Part shown: piece after piece, positions 42,370 through 51,149 of the stretch
How positions within the stretch are numbered: position 1 is the first letter of the stretch
How the letters are laid out: each line of letters starts with the position of its first letter
Source: Betaproteobacteria bacterium
GTDB lineage: Bacteria; Pseudomonadota; Gammaproteobacteria; Burkholderiales; SG8-41
Direction: 5' to 3'
NCBI GenBank assembly: GCA_052389535.1
Contig: JBQTHU010000061.1
Location: 82,537-146,536 of the forward strand
Length of the DNA stretch: 64,000 nucleotides
Program-made: the position numbers and the translations under genes
The notes under the pieces: model-generated
Databases searched by the model: none
The model's input: the letters and a program-made list of their open reading frames with translations, nothing else
Told to the model about the DNA's origin: nothing

Positions 42370-43200
42370 TCAGAAGAACGCGAGCGCACGGGCCTCGATG
42401 CTCTGCCGCGGTGGCGCGCCGGCGGGCGTCTGTGGATCGTTGAAGGAGGTGTGGGCGGTAAAGCGCGCGCGGCCGTCCTTCTCCGAATCGTACACCTTGA
42501 ACACCAGCGCCTCGTCACGCTCCATCTCCGGGAAGTAGAACCAGCGGTGCGCCGGGCTGTAGCGCAGCCGGTAGGTCTGCCCGACGCGGTTGGGGTAGCG
42601 GCGTTCCGCGATGAGCAGATCCTCGAACGCCACGCTGTGCGCGTCGGCGATCGCCAGCGGATTGGACTGGATCGGGCGGTTGATCGCACGCCACACCTGG
42701 ATGATGGCGAAGCGCCGCGCGAGCAGCCGCTCGGCCTCGTCGGGAAAGAGATCGCGCACGCGCTGCGGGCCCGACCACTCGGTGTAATCGTTGTGCGCCC
42801 ACAGCACCGGCTCGCGCACGAGCTTCTCTTCGCGCTCGCCCTCGTCGCCCGAGCGCAACGTATGATCGAACACCTCGACGCGCGCGGCGCCCGAAACGCT
42901 GCGGATCAGTTCGGCGACCTCCGGATAGTAGACGGACCTGAGTTCGCCCGGGTCGAAAAAGTCGCGCACTGCGGTCTCGTGCCGGACGAACGTGAAGCCG
43001 TTCTTCTCGAGGGTGAAATCGCTGGCGCGAAGGCGGCCATTTCCGACGTGGACGTCGCGCCATTCGATCGTCCCGGAGGCGCGACGGCGGATGTTGTTCG
43101 GGCCGAACGTTTCGTTGACCAGCTTCTCGCCGGTATCGACGGTGTAGGGTATCTGTGCCAGCACGCTGCCGCGCGCTGCAGGCTCGGTGTGCGGATTCAT
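42370..43200 (-). CDS. CmcJ/NvfI family oxidoreductase
   Basis: YYPEV, FDHTLR, HNDYT, VWRAI, PLAIAD, HTSF, RQSIEAR. Confidence 0.85.
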   Translation of the reverse strand: MNPHTEPAARGSVLAQIPYTVDTGEKLVNETFGPNNIRRRASGTIEWRDVHVGNGRLRASDFTLEKNGFTFVRHETAVRDFFDPGELRSVYYPEVAELIRSVSGAARVEVFDHTLRSGDEGEREEKLVREPVLWAHNDYTEWSGPQRVRDLFPDEAERLLARRFAIIQVWRAINRPIQSNPLAIADAHSVAFEDLLIAERRYPNRVGQTYRLRYSPAHRWFYFPEMERDEALVFKVYDSEKDGRARFTAHTSFNDPQTPAGAPPRQSIEARALAFF

Positions 43201-43260
43201 CGACGACTCCCGAGGGCGGTTAATGCGACGATAGAGAGGGACGCGGCCCGACAGGCCCGG

Positions 43261-43554
43261 CTACGCCAGCCCTTCCACGATGCGGATATCGCGCTCCGCG
43301 CCGTTGCCCAGCAGCTTGAGCGCCTCCTGGTACGCGGGGCTGTCGTGTGCGGCGGTTGCGTGCGCGACGCTCGGGAATTCGATCACGACCACGCGCTGGC
43401 TGAGACCGCGCTCGTAGGTCTGCGCCGGATTGCCGCGCACCAGGAATGTGCCGCCCGCTGCCTGAACGGCGGGGCCGGCGAGCTTGGCGTACGCCGCGAG
43501 CGCGTCGGGATTGCTGATGGAACGATAGCAGGCGATCCAGTAAGCCTTGGCCAT
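43261..43554 (-). CDS. DUF1330 family protein
   Basis: AGGTFLVRG, RVVVIEFPS, SPAYQEA, RDIRIVEG. Confidence 0.88.
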   Translation of the reverse strand: MAKAYWIACYRSISNPDALAAYAKLAGPAVQAAGGTFLVRGNPAQTYERGLSQRVVVIEFPSVAHATAAHDSPAYQEALKLLGNGAERDIRIVEGLA

Positions 43555-43566
43555 GTTTTCCTCCGT

Positions 43567-44223
43567 TCAATCGATTGCGAAACAGTAGAGCAGCCCCGCG
43601 CCGCCGGACATGCGCAGCGCTTCCAGGCTGCAGCCGCGCGAGGGATGCGAAGAGTTCCACGAGCGCGAAGCGTCATCGTCGCGCAGGCCGATGCGGTCGT
43701 GATGGCCGACAACGGCCTGGCCGGCGTCGCCGCTGCGCCAGTTGTTGCAGGTGCGGTCGTCACTGCCGTGGAACGCGATGCCGTCCGGCTGCGAACCCGT
43801 CAGGATGTCGTGCATGTTGGGCTTGTCGCCCCGGCCGTTCACCTTGTCCCATTTCTCGGTGAGCGCGGTGTCCTTGTTGATCTTGTTGTTGGGGCTGTGC
43901 AGGTCGTCGATGTCCTTCGCGATGACGACGCCCTTGGCGTTCTGCCATGGGCCCCTGCCGACGCGCTCGCGCGCGTGTATCGCCGGCTGGTCGCCCCAGG
44001 CGCTCTGGCTCAAATAGGCCCGCCAGGTACGAAAGCCCGCACCGGCCGCCGTGGCGAGCTTCTGGCAATGCCGGTCGGCGCCCGCGAGCCCGCCGAAGTT
44101 GGCGCCCTGTCCATTGCCTTCGCTGGTGATGAAGAACGTCATCCTCGCTTGCTGCGCCAGCGCCGTTCCGCCGGCGCCGGCCAGCAGGAGTGCTGCCGCC
44201 ATCATGCCGATACCGATGTTCAT
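43567..44223 (-). CDS. Exported Cys-containing endostatin/lectin-like protein
   Basis: Signal peptide, FFITS, GGLAGADRHC, WRAYLS, HDILTGS, LLYCFA. Confidence 0.75.
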   Translation of the reverse strand: MNIGIGMMAAALLLAGAGGTALAQQARMTFFITSEGNGQGANFGGLAGADRHCQKLATAAGAGFRTWRAYLSQSAWGDQPAIHARERVGRGPWQNAKGVVIAKDIDDLHSPNNKINKDTALTEKWDKVNGRGDKPNMHDILTGSQPDGIAFHGSDDRTCNNWRSGDAGQAVVGHHDRIGLRDDDASRSWNSSHPSRGCSLEALRMSGGAGLLYCFAID

Positions 44224-44318
44224 CGTGGTGACCTCCAGGTGGTGGAATGCCCGAGCCAGCAGGCGATGGGAACCGGATTATAACCGCGCCGTGTTTGTCG
44301 CTGCGGCAAAGCGACTCT

Positions 44319-45245
44319 CTACCGGTGAAAGGTCTCGACGCGCAGCGGCGGACTGCCGATCTCCGCGAGCCGGTCGTCCGAATCCAGGACGTCCACGAAG
44401 ACTTCCAGCGCTTTCAGCATGCCCGGCATGCCGAAATTGACGCAGGTCTGGAATATCACTTCGAGAATCTCGCGCGGTGAGGCGCCGTTGCGCAGCGCGC
44501 CGCGCATGTGCCCGCGCGCCTGCGTTTCCTCGCCGACGGCAAGGCAGTCGGCGATCATGCACAGCAGCCGTGTCTTGTCGTCCACGATGCCGCGCGCATA
44601 CATGCCGCCGTAGCAGAACTGCACCCACAGACCGGCGAATTCGCTGTCGATCGCATCGAGCCACGCCAGGATATTGAGATGGTGCCGCGGCCGCAGCGTG
44701 AGGCCGCGGCCGACGGCGCGCCACCCGTGACGCTTCATCAGCGGCTCGAAGCGGGGATCCGCGACGTCTTCGGGATGCCATGTCGCGCGCTCGGCATCGT
44801 AGGAGCGCGTGCCGTCGGTTCCGTCCAGAGGCAATTGCGACTCGCGCAGCGCATCCAGCAGTCCCTGTCCGGCTGCGATGCGGTGAAAGACTTCGATCGC
44901 CGGCTCGACTACGGTGTGTCCGCCGTAGACGGTGCACTGCAGGATGATCTCCAGGATCTCCGGCGGGGGCACCTTTGCAACGAGCGCGGCGTGGATGGTG
45001 TCCTCCAGCGCGTCGGCGCTGCGCGCCATCGTGTACTGGCCGATCAGCACCAGCAGCCGCGTGCGCAGATCAAGCGCGGGCCGGGTGCCGATGCCCTTGA
45101 TCGCGAAGTCCAGCCACAGCCGGGTGTAATGCTGATCGAGGCTGTCGCGCTGCGCGACGCGCCTGTCGAAACTCGTGGGTTGGAGCGTGCGTCCGGCATC
45201 GAAAATCTCGGCGCCGTACTTGGAGCGTAGATCGGCTTGCGGCAT
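44319..45245 (-). CDS. Tandem carboxymuconolactone decarboxylase (CMD) domain protein
   Basis: Two repeats of R..LD.+TRLL...H...AL...EILE.I.Q. Confidence 0.8.
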   Translation of the reverse strand: MPQADLRSKYGAEIFDAGRTLQPTSFDRRVAQRDSLDQHYTRLWLDFAIKGIGTRPALDLRTRLLVLIGQYTMARSADALEDTIHAALVAKVPPPEILEIILQCTVYGGHTVVEPAIEVFHRIAAGQGLLDALRESQLPLDGTDGTRSYDAERATWHPEDVADPRFEPLMKRHGWRAVGRGLTLRPRHHLNILAWLDAIDSEFAGLWVQFCYGGMYARGIVDDKTRLLCMIADCLAVGEETQARGHMRGALRNGASPREILEVIFQTCVNFGMPGMLKALEVFVDVLDSDDRLAEIGSPPLRVETFHR

Positions 45246-45347
45246 GGGTCCTCTATCAGGGCGGTTTCGGAAGCGCGCAACGCGGTGCATCGGAGAGGGG
45301 TGCGTGCGCCTTGGTATTATAGAGCTTTGAGACAGGGGGAATTCCGC

Positions 45348-46115
45348 GTGCCATCCACAGGGAAGTTGTCGAATTCGGTTGCGATCGTAACCGCCGCCGG
45401 CGCCGGCATAGGGGAAGCGATCGCGAAAACGTTTGCGCGCGAAGGCGCGGCGGTGGCGCTCGTCGATGTCAGTGTCGACGACCTTGGGCGCGTCGAGAAA
45501 GAGATAGCAGGCGCCGGCGGGAACGCACACGCCATGCGCGTGGATGTGACCCGCTCACAGGACGTCGCCGCGATGGTGCAGGACGTGGTGACCCGCTGCG
45601 GCACGGTCGATATCCTCGTCAATGCCGCCGGCGGCTTCCATCGCCTCGCACCGATCACGGACATCAGCGATGAGGAATGGAATCGTGTGATCGATCTCAA
45701 TCTGAAGAGCACGTTCTACTGCTCGCGCGCCGTCGCGCCCATCATGATGGAGAAAAGGAAGGGGCGCATCATCAGCATTGCTTCGGGCGCCGGCATCGCG
45801 CCCAATCCCTACGCGCCGTCGTACATTCCCTACAGCGCGGCCAAGGCCGGCGTGATCGGCTTCACCAAGGCGCTGGCGCGCGATCTCGGCCCCTACGGCA
45901 TCACGGTCAACACGGTCTCGCCTGGCACGACGCGAACGCCGCGGGTGGTGAAAGTCCGCGATGCGGCAAGCCTGGAACGCATTGCCGCGCAGAACCCGAT
46001 GAAGGTGCTCGTCGATCCCGAAGATTCCGCTGAAGCGGTTCTCTATCTCGCCTCTGCCGAGGCGCGCTACGTCACTGGCGTCAATCTCAACGTCAACGCG
46101 GGGAACCTGATGTAG
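45348..46115 (+). CDS. SDR family oxidoreductase
   Basis: TAAGAGIG, LVNAAG, YSAAK, NTVSPG. Confidence 0.93.
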   Translation: MPSTGKLSNSVAIVTAAGAGIGEAIAKTFAREGAAVALVDVSVDDLGRVEKEIAGAGGNAHAMRVDVTRSQDVAAMVQDVVTRCGTVDILVNAAGGFHRLAPITDISDEEWNRVIDLNLKSTFYCSRAVAPIMMEKRKGRIISIASGAGIAPNPYAPSYIPYSAAKAGVIGFTKALARDLGPYGITVNTVSPGTTRTPRVVKVRDAASLERIAAQNPMKVLVDPEDSAEAVLYLASAEARYVTGVNLNVNAGNLM

Positions 46116-46124
46116 GTCGCGCCA

Positions 46125-47258
46125 GTGGCAATCCACCTGGCGCTTGGGCTCACCTTTTTCAATTTCGTCGGCGCCAACGCGGCGCGCGTCGTGCTCACGC
46201 TCTACGCGCTCGAGTTGGGCGCGCCGGCTTCCGCCGTCGGCCTGCTCGGCGGCCTGCTCTTTCTGTTTCCGCTGCTGCTGTCATGGCCGGTCGGCGCGCT
46301 CGCCGACCGCACCGGCGCCCGCGGGCTGCTGCTCTTCGCCTCGTGCTGCGGCGCGGTATCGCTGGTCCTGCCGTTTTTCGTGCGCTCGGTGCCCGCCTTC
46401 TACGTCGCCGCCGCGCTGAACGGTCTGGCACTCGCATTCTTTCACGTCACGCTGCAGAACCTGATCGGCACCCTGAGTCATCCGGAAGCGCGCGCGCGCA
46501 ACTTCAGCAATTTCAGCCTGACCGGCGCAGTGACCAACTTCGCCGGGCCGCTGCTCGCGGGCCTCTCCATCGATCACCTGGGCTACGCGCCGGCGTGTCT
46601 GGTGGTGGCCTCGCAGTCCGTCATCGCCGTGGCGCTGCTGCTCGCCTGGGGCCGCCTCTTCCCGCCGGGACGGCCCGAGGCGCCGGTCGATGCGGGCGGG
46701 TCGCGCGCCCTGCTCAACCGCGACGTGTGGTACATGCTCTTCGTGAGCGGCCTGGTGCAGCTCGGCACCGATCTCTTCCAGTTCTACCTCCCGATCTACG
46801 GCCACTCGATCGGACTCTCCGCCTCGGCCATCGGGGCGGTGCTCGCGACGCTGGCCGTGGCCGCATTCGTCGTGAGACTGTTCCTCGCCTGGATGGTGAA
46901 GCGCATCGCGGGCGAAACGCTGCTCGCTTGGGTGTTCTTCATGGGCGCGATCGGGTTTGCGCTGGTTCCGCTGTCGGACAATGCCATCGCGCTCGGCGCC
47001 ATCGCCTTCTTTTTCGGCCTCGGCATGGGGATCGGCATACCGCTCACGGTGATTCTCATGTTCAGCCGCTCCGCCGAGGGCCGCTCGGGCCAGACGCTGG
47101 GTCTGCGTCTCACCGCCAACAACTTCGTGCGCGTGACCGGGCCCATCGTATTCGGCGCAGTCGGCTCGGCCTTCGGGCTCGGGGCCGTGTTCTGGATCGT
47201 CGCGGCGATCATGGCGACAGGCGGGCTGCTGTCGCGACGGGGCTCCGCCTTGCGTTGA
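46125..47258 (+). CDS. MFS transporter
   Basis: ~12 TM segments, GALADRTGAR motif A. Confidence 0.9.
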   Translation: MAIHLALGLTFFNFVGANAARVVLTLYALELGAPASAVGLLGGLLFLFPLLLSWPVGALADRTGARGLLLFASCCGAVSLVLPFFVRSVPAFYVAAALNGLALAFFHVTLQNLIGTLSHPEARARNFSNFSLTGAVTNFAGPLLAGLSIDHLGYAPACLVVASQSVIAVALLLAWGRLFPPGRPEAPVDAGGSRALLNRDVWYMLFVSGLVQLGTDLFQFYLPIYGHSIGLSASAIGAVLATLAVAAFVVRLFLAWMVKRIAGETLLAWVFFMGAIGFALVPLSDNAIALGAIAFFFGLGMGIGIPLTVILMFSRSAEGRSGQTLGLRLTANNFVRVTGPIVFGAVGSAFGLGAVFWIVAAIMATGGLLSRRGSALR

Positions 47259-47346
47259 CGCCCCTCCGCTGCATGCGGCAGAATTCCGCACACCGCCGAT
47301 GAACGCGGCGCCCTCCGCAGCTTCCCCGCGGGAGCAGGAGACACCG

Positions 47347-48762
47347 ATGACCACCACCCGCACCCTCGCCCGCTTCATCCACGACCTGAGTTTTGAAAAG
47401 CTGCCGGCCGAAGTGCGCACGCGCGTTCCGTCGCTCGTGCTCGACCTCGCCGGCATCATGGTGCGCGCGCGCCACGAGGCGGAATCGACGCCCGCAATGA
47501 TCGCCGCTGCACAGCGACTCGGCCTCGCACCCGGCGCGTGTACCGTCGTCGGCGATGCTGCCGGATACAGTCCTGCAGGGGCCGCCATGGTGAACGGCAC
47601 GCTGGCCCACTCGCTCGACTTCGACGACACCCACGCGCCGGGCTCGCTGCATCCCAGCGCGCCGATCGTGCCGGCGGCACTCGCTGCGGCGGAAATGACG
47701 GGCGCGGATGGACGGTCGGTGATCGCAGCCCTCGTCGCCGGCTACGAAGTCCAGATCCGGCTGAGCCTGGCGCTCGATCCCGCCGCGCACTACGACCGCG
47801 GCTTTCATCCGACCGCGACTTGCGGGGCGTTCGGCGCCGCGGCTGCAGCAGGCCGGCTGCTCGGACTCGATGCGCAAGGCCACATGCACGCGTTCGGCAT
47901 CGTACTCAGCATGGCGGCGGGCTCCATGCAGTTTCTCGTCAACGGCGCGTGGACCAAGCGCTCGCACGTGGGCCACGCTGCGCTGTGCGGCCTCACCGCC
48001 GCAACGCTCGCCGCGGAAGGCTATCAGGGCGCGGCGGATGCGCTGGAAGGCAAGTGGGGTTTTCTGCATGCGTATGCGCCGGCTTCAGATAGCGGCAAGG
48101 TCGTCGCGGAACTCGGCGAGCGCTGGGAGACGCTCAAGATCGCGGTGAAGCCGTATCCGTCGTGTCGTTACAGTCACGCTGCGATCGACGGCATCCGTCA
48201 GTTGACGCGCGAGCACCGCATCCGGCCCGATGAAGTGCAAGGCCTGACGGTGGGCGTGCCGGAGCCGGGCTGGAAGATCATCGGCAACCCGGAAGCCGCG
48301 AAGCAGTCGCCCGCTTCGGTCGTGGACGGCCAGTTCTCCATGGCGTTTTGCGGCGCCGTCACGCTGCGCACCGGCGGGCTCGTGTGGGACGACTATGCGC
48401 GTCACCTGGGCGATCGGGAAACACTGGCGCTGTGCAAGCGGATCCGCACCCGCGTCGACCCGCGGGCGCAGGCGGACTTCCCGGCGGAGATGAGCGCGAG
48501 CGTCGAGATCGCCACCGCCCGCGGCGTTTTCGAGACCTACGTGCGCGTGCCCAAAGGGGAGCCGGCCAACTTTCTTTCCGCTGCGGAGCTGCGCGGCAAG
48601 TTCGACGGCCTGGTCGGGCCGTACCTGTCGCGCGAGCGGGCGGACGCGCTGGCCGACGGGCTGCTCGGGCTCGAGAACGCGCGTGATGTGGGCGCGCTAC
48701 TCCGCCTGTCGCGCCCCGAAGAGAAGGTCGCCGGGCTGCGCGTCGTCGCGCGCGAGATGTAG
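47347..48762 (+). CDS. MmgE/PrpD family protein
   Basis: HSLDFDDTH, LHPS, GFHPT, KPYPSCRYSH, KGEP. Confidence 0.92.
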   Translation: MTTTRTLARFIHDLSFEKLPAEVRTRVPSLVLDLAGIMVRARHEAESTPAMIAAAQRLGLAPGACTVVGDAAGYSPAGAAMVNGTLAHSLDFDDTHAPGSLHPSAPIVPAALAAAEMTGADGRSVIAALVAGYEVQIRLSLALDPAAHYDRGFHPTATCGAFGAAAAAGRLLGLDAQGHMHAFGIVLSMAAGSMQFLVNGAWTKRSHVGHAALCGLTAATLAAEGYQGAADALEGKWGFLHAYAPASDSGKVVAELGERWETLKIAVKPYPSCRYSHAAIDGIRQLTREHRIRPDEVQGLTVGVPEPGWKIIGNPEAAKQSPASVVDGQFSMAFCGAVTLRTGGLVWDDYARHLGDRETLALCKRIRTRVDPRAQADFPAEMSASVEIATARGVFETYVRVPKGEPANFLSAAELRGKFDGLVGPYLSRERADALADGLLGLENARDVGALLRLSRPEEKVAGLRVVAREM

Positions 48763-48765
48763 AAC

Positions 48766-49278
48766 GTGACCGCCGGCACGGCCGAAAGGGATAGAGCGTC
48801 GCCGCAGGACGCCCACGGGCGCGCTTACGAGGATTTCGCTGTAGGAGACGTGTACCGTCATTGGCCCGGCCGCACCATTTCCGAGGCCGACAACACCTGG
48901 TTCACGCTGCTCACCATGAACACGCATCCGCTGCACTTCGACGCCGAGTATGCGGCGCGGACCGAGTACGGGCGCGTCATCGTGAACAGCTGCCTCACGC
49001 TCTCCATCGTCGCCGGCATGAGCGTGCGCGATCTGAGCCAGAACGCGATCTGCAATCTCGGCTGGACCGACATCCGCATGCCGGCGCCCGTTTACATCGG
49101 CGACACGCTTTACGCCGAGTCCGAGGTGATCGCAAAGCGCGTATCCGCGTCACGACCCCATGCCGGCATCGTCACGGCGCGCACCACGGCGCGCAAGGGC
49201 GACGGTACCGTGGTGATGACCTACGAGCGCGCCTTTCTGGTGCCCCGGCGTGGCCATTCGCCGGCGCGGCAGGAGTAA
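48766..49278 (+). CDS. MaoC family (R)-specific enoyl-CoA hydratase
   Basis: YEDF.VG, GRTISEAD, NTHPLHFD, PVYIGDTL. Confidence 0.9.
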   Translation: MTAGTAERDRASPQDAHGRAYEDFAVGDVYRHWPGRTISEADNTWFTLLTMNTHPLHFDAEYAARTEYGRVIVNSCLTLSIVAGMSVRDLSQNAICNLGWTDIRMPAPVYIGDTLYAESEVIAKRVSASRPHAGIVTARTTARKGDGTVVMTYERAFLVPRRGHSPARQE

Positions 49279-49281
49279 GCC

Positions 49282-50448
49282 ATGGCGACTTCCAGCGGGG
49301 AGGGCGGCGCGGCGGACCAGGATCGGGTCATGCTCGACGCGATAGAGCGCTTTCTCGAGCGCGAAGTGCGACCCCGCGTGCGCGCGCTCGAAGCGGCGGA
49401 CGAGTATCCGCGCGAACTCGCCGATCGTATCGCTTCGCTGGGTCTCTACGGCGCAACCATTTCTCCCGAGTACGGCGGTCTCGGGCTCAGCGCAACAGTC
49501 TATACACGCATCATCGAGCGCATCGCGGCGGTATGGATGTCGCTCTGCGGGCTGTTCAATTCGCATCTCATTGCGGCGGCGGCGGTGGAACGCTTCGGCA
49601 CCGCGGAGCAGAAGCGGCGACTGCTGCCGCCGCTCGCAAGCGGCCAACTTCGCGCCGGCATCGCGCTCACCGAGCCGGGATGCGGCACGGATCTGCAGGC
49701 GGTGCGCACGCGCGCCGAGCGCACCGGCGACCTCTACGTCGTCAACGGCGCCAAGATGTGGATCACCAACAGCGTGGAGGGCGATGCGCTCGCGGTGCTG
49801 GTCAAGACCGATCCGTCGGCCGAGCCGGCGCACCGCGGCATGAGCCTGCTGTTCGTCGAGCGGGCCATGGGGTACCGGGCGAGCAAGCTCAAAAAACTCG
49901 GCTATCGCGGCATCGATACCGGCGAGGTCTCATTTCACGACGTCAGGGTACCGGCAGCGAATCTCGTCGGCGGCGTGGAAGGACAAGGCCTGCAGCAGAT
50001 ACTCGCCGGTCTCGAGCTGGGACGCATCAACGTCGGCGCGCGCGGTGTGGGTCTCGCGCGGGCATGCCTGGAAGAAGCGCTCGCCTACGCCCAGCAGCGC
50101 GTCACGTTCGGCAAGCCGATCGCGGAACACCAGGCGATCCAGTTGAAGCTCGCCGACATGGCGACGCGCGTGGAGGCGGCGCGGCTGCTGGTCGAGTCGG
50201 CAGCCCGTGCCTACGACACCGGCGCGCGCTGCGACATGGAAGCGGGGATGGCCAAGCTCTGCGCCACCGAGGCGGCGGTGGAGAATTCCATCGAAGCGAT
50301 GCGCATCCTCGGCGCCTACGGCTACTCGCCCGAGTACAACATCGAGCGCTACTACCGCGATGCGCCGCTGCTCGCGATCGGCGAGGGCACCAACGAGATG
50401 CAGCGCATCATCATCGCGCGCCAGCTCGTGAAGCGTCACGCTGTTTGA
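49282..50448 (+). CDS. Acyl-CoA dehydrogenase
   Basis: LTEPGCGTD, NGAKMWITN, GAYGY, IGEGTNE (catalytic Glu). Confidence 0.94.
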   Translation: MATSSGEGGAADQDRVMLDAIERFLEREVRPRVRALEAADEYPRELADRIASLGLYGATISPEYGGLGLSATVYTRIIERIAAVWMSLCGLFNSHLIAAAAVERFGTAEQKRRLLPPLASGQLRAGIALTEPGCGTDLQAVRTRAERTGDLYVVNGAKMWITNSVEGDALAVLVKTDPSAEPAHRGMSLLFVERAMGYRASKLKKLGYRGIDTGEVSFHDVRVPAANLVGGVEGQGLQQILAGLELGRINVGARGVGLARACLEEALAYAQQRVTFGKPIAEHQAIQLKLADMATRVEAARLLVESAARAYDTGARCDMEAGMAKLCATEAAVENSIEAMRILGAYGYSPEYNIERYYRDAPLLAIGEGTNEMQRIIIARQLVKRHAV

Positions 50449-50586
50449 GCAAACGTCGCGATGGAATCCAGGGAGGCAATTGCAGAATTAGCAATTTCAG
50501 TGATCTTGGCCCAAGCTAGATGTTAGTGGGTTTTCGAGTCGGTGCTAGAATTGTGTTGTTTAAATGAGCGAGCAGAGTAAATCCGC

Positions 50587-50844
50587 ATGCGAACGTTGGC
50601 ATTGACCCTGGCGCAGCAACAGCGCATAGAGAAACTAGCACAGCTTGCCGGCCGCACGCCGAGATCGATGCTGCGCTTCGTCCTGCGAGACGGGCTGGAT
50701 GCAACCGAACGGGACGTGCGCGAGACGATCGTGGCCGACCGGGACATCGACCGCAACGGTGCGATACCGCACCGTGAGGTAATGGCGCGAGCGCAAGCCA
50801 CGATCGAGCGGCATGCGACGAAGCGCCGGCACAAAGCCGCTTGA
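50587..50844 (+). CDS. Putative RHH/CopG-type antitoxin
   Basis: 85 aa; RHH-like N-terminus (RIEKLAQLAGRTPRSML); ADRDID.G.IPH.EV C-terminus; overlaps toxin gene. Confidence 0.72.
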   Translation: MRTLALTLAQQQRIEKLAQLAGRTPRSMLRFVLRDGLDATERDVRETIVADRDIDRNGAIPHREVMARAQATIERHATKRRHKAA

Positions 50845-51112
50845 GTGGGCGCGTTCAGCTCGGGATGCCTTTAACGCATCGATAGACTTCATCGCGAGCG
50901 AAGACATCTTTGCGGCGCAAAGGGTCGTAGAGCGTGTCCAGAACGCGCTAACGCAGATTCAGGCGTACCCAAAGATCGGCAAACCGGCTGGAGCACGTGG
51001 CCGGCGCGCTTTGGCGATACCGGACACGGGTCACATCATTAACTACCGTGAGACCCGGAACGCGATCCGCATCTTGCGCTGGTATAGAGCCCGGCAGAGC
51101 GTTGCTCGGTAA
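50813..51112 (+). CDS. RelE/ParE family toxin
   Basis: LEWARSARDAF..IDFIA...AAQRV...YPKIG...IINYR...IRILR. Confidence 0.8.
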   Translation: MRRSAGTKPLEWARSARDAFNASIDFIASEDIFAAQRVVERVQNALTQIQAYPKIGKPAGARGRRALAIPDTGHIINYRETRNAIRILRWYRARQSVAR

Positions 51113-51149
51113 CTCACTGTATGGCTGAAACGTTTTGTAACGACGCGCC

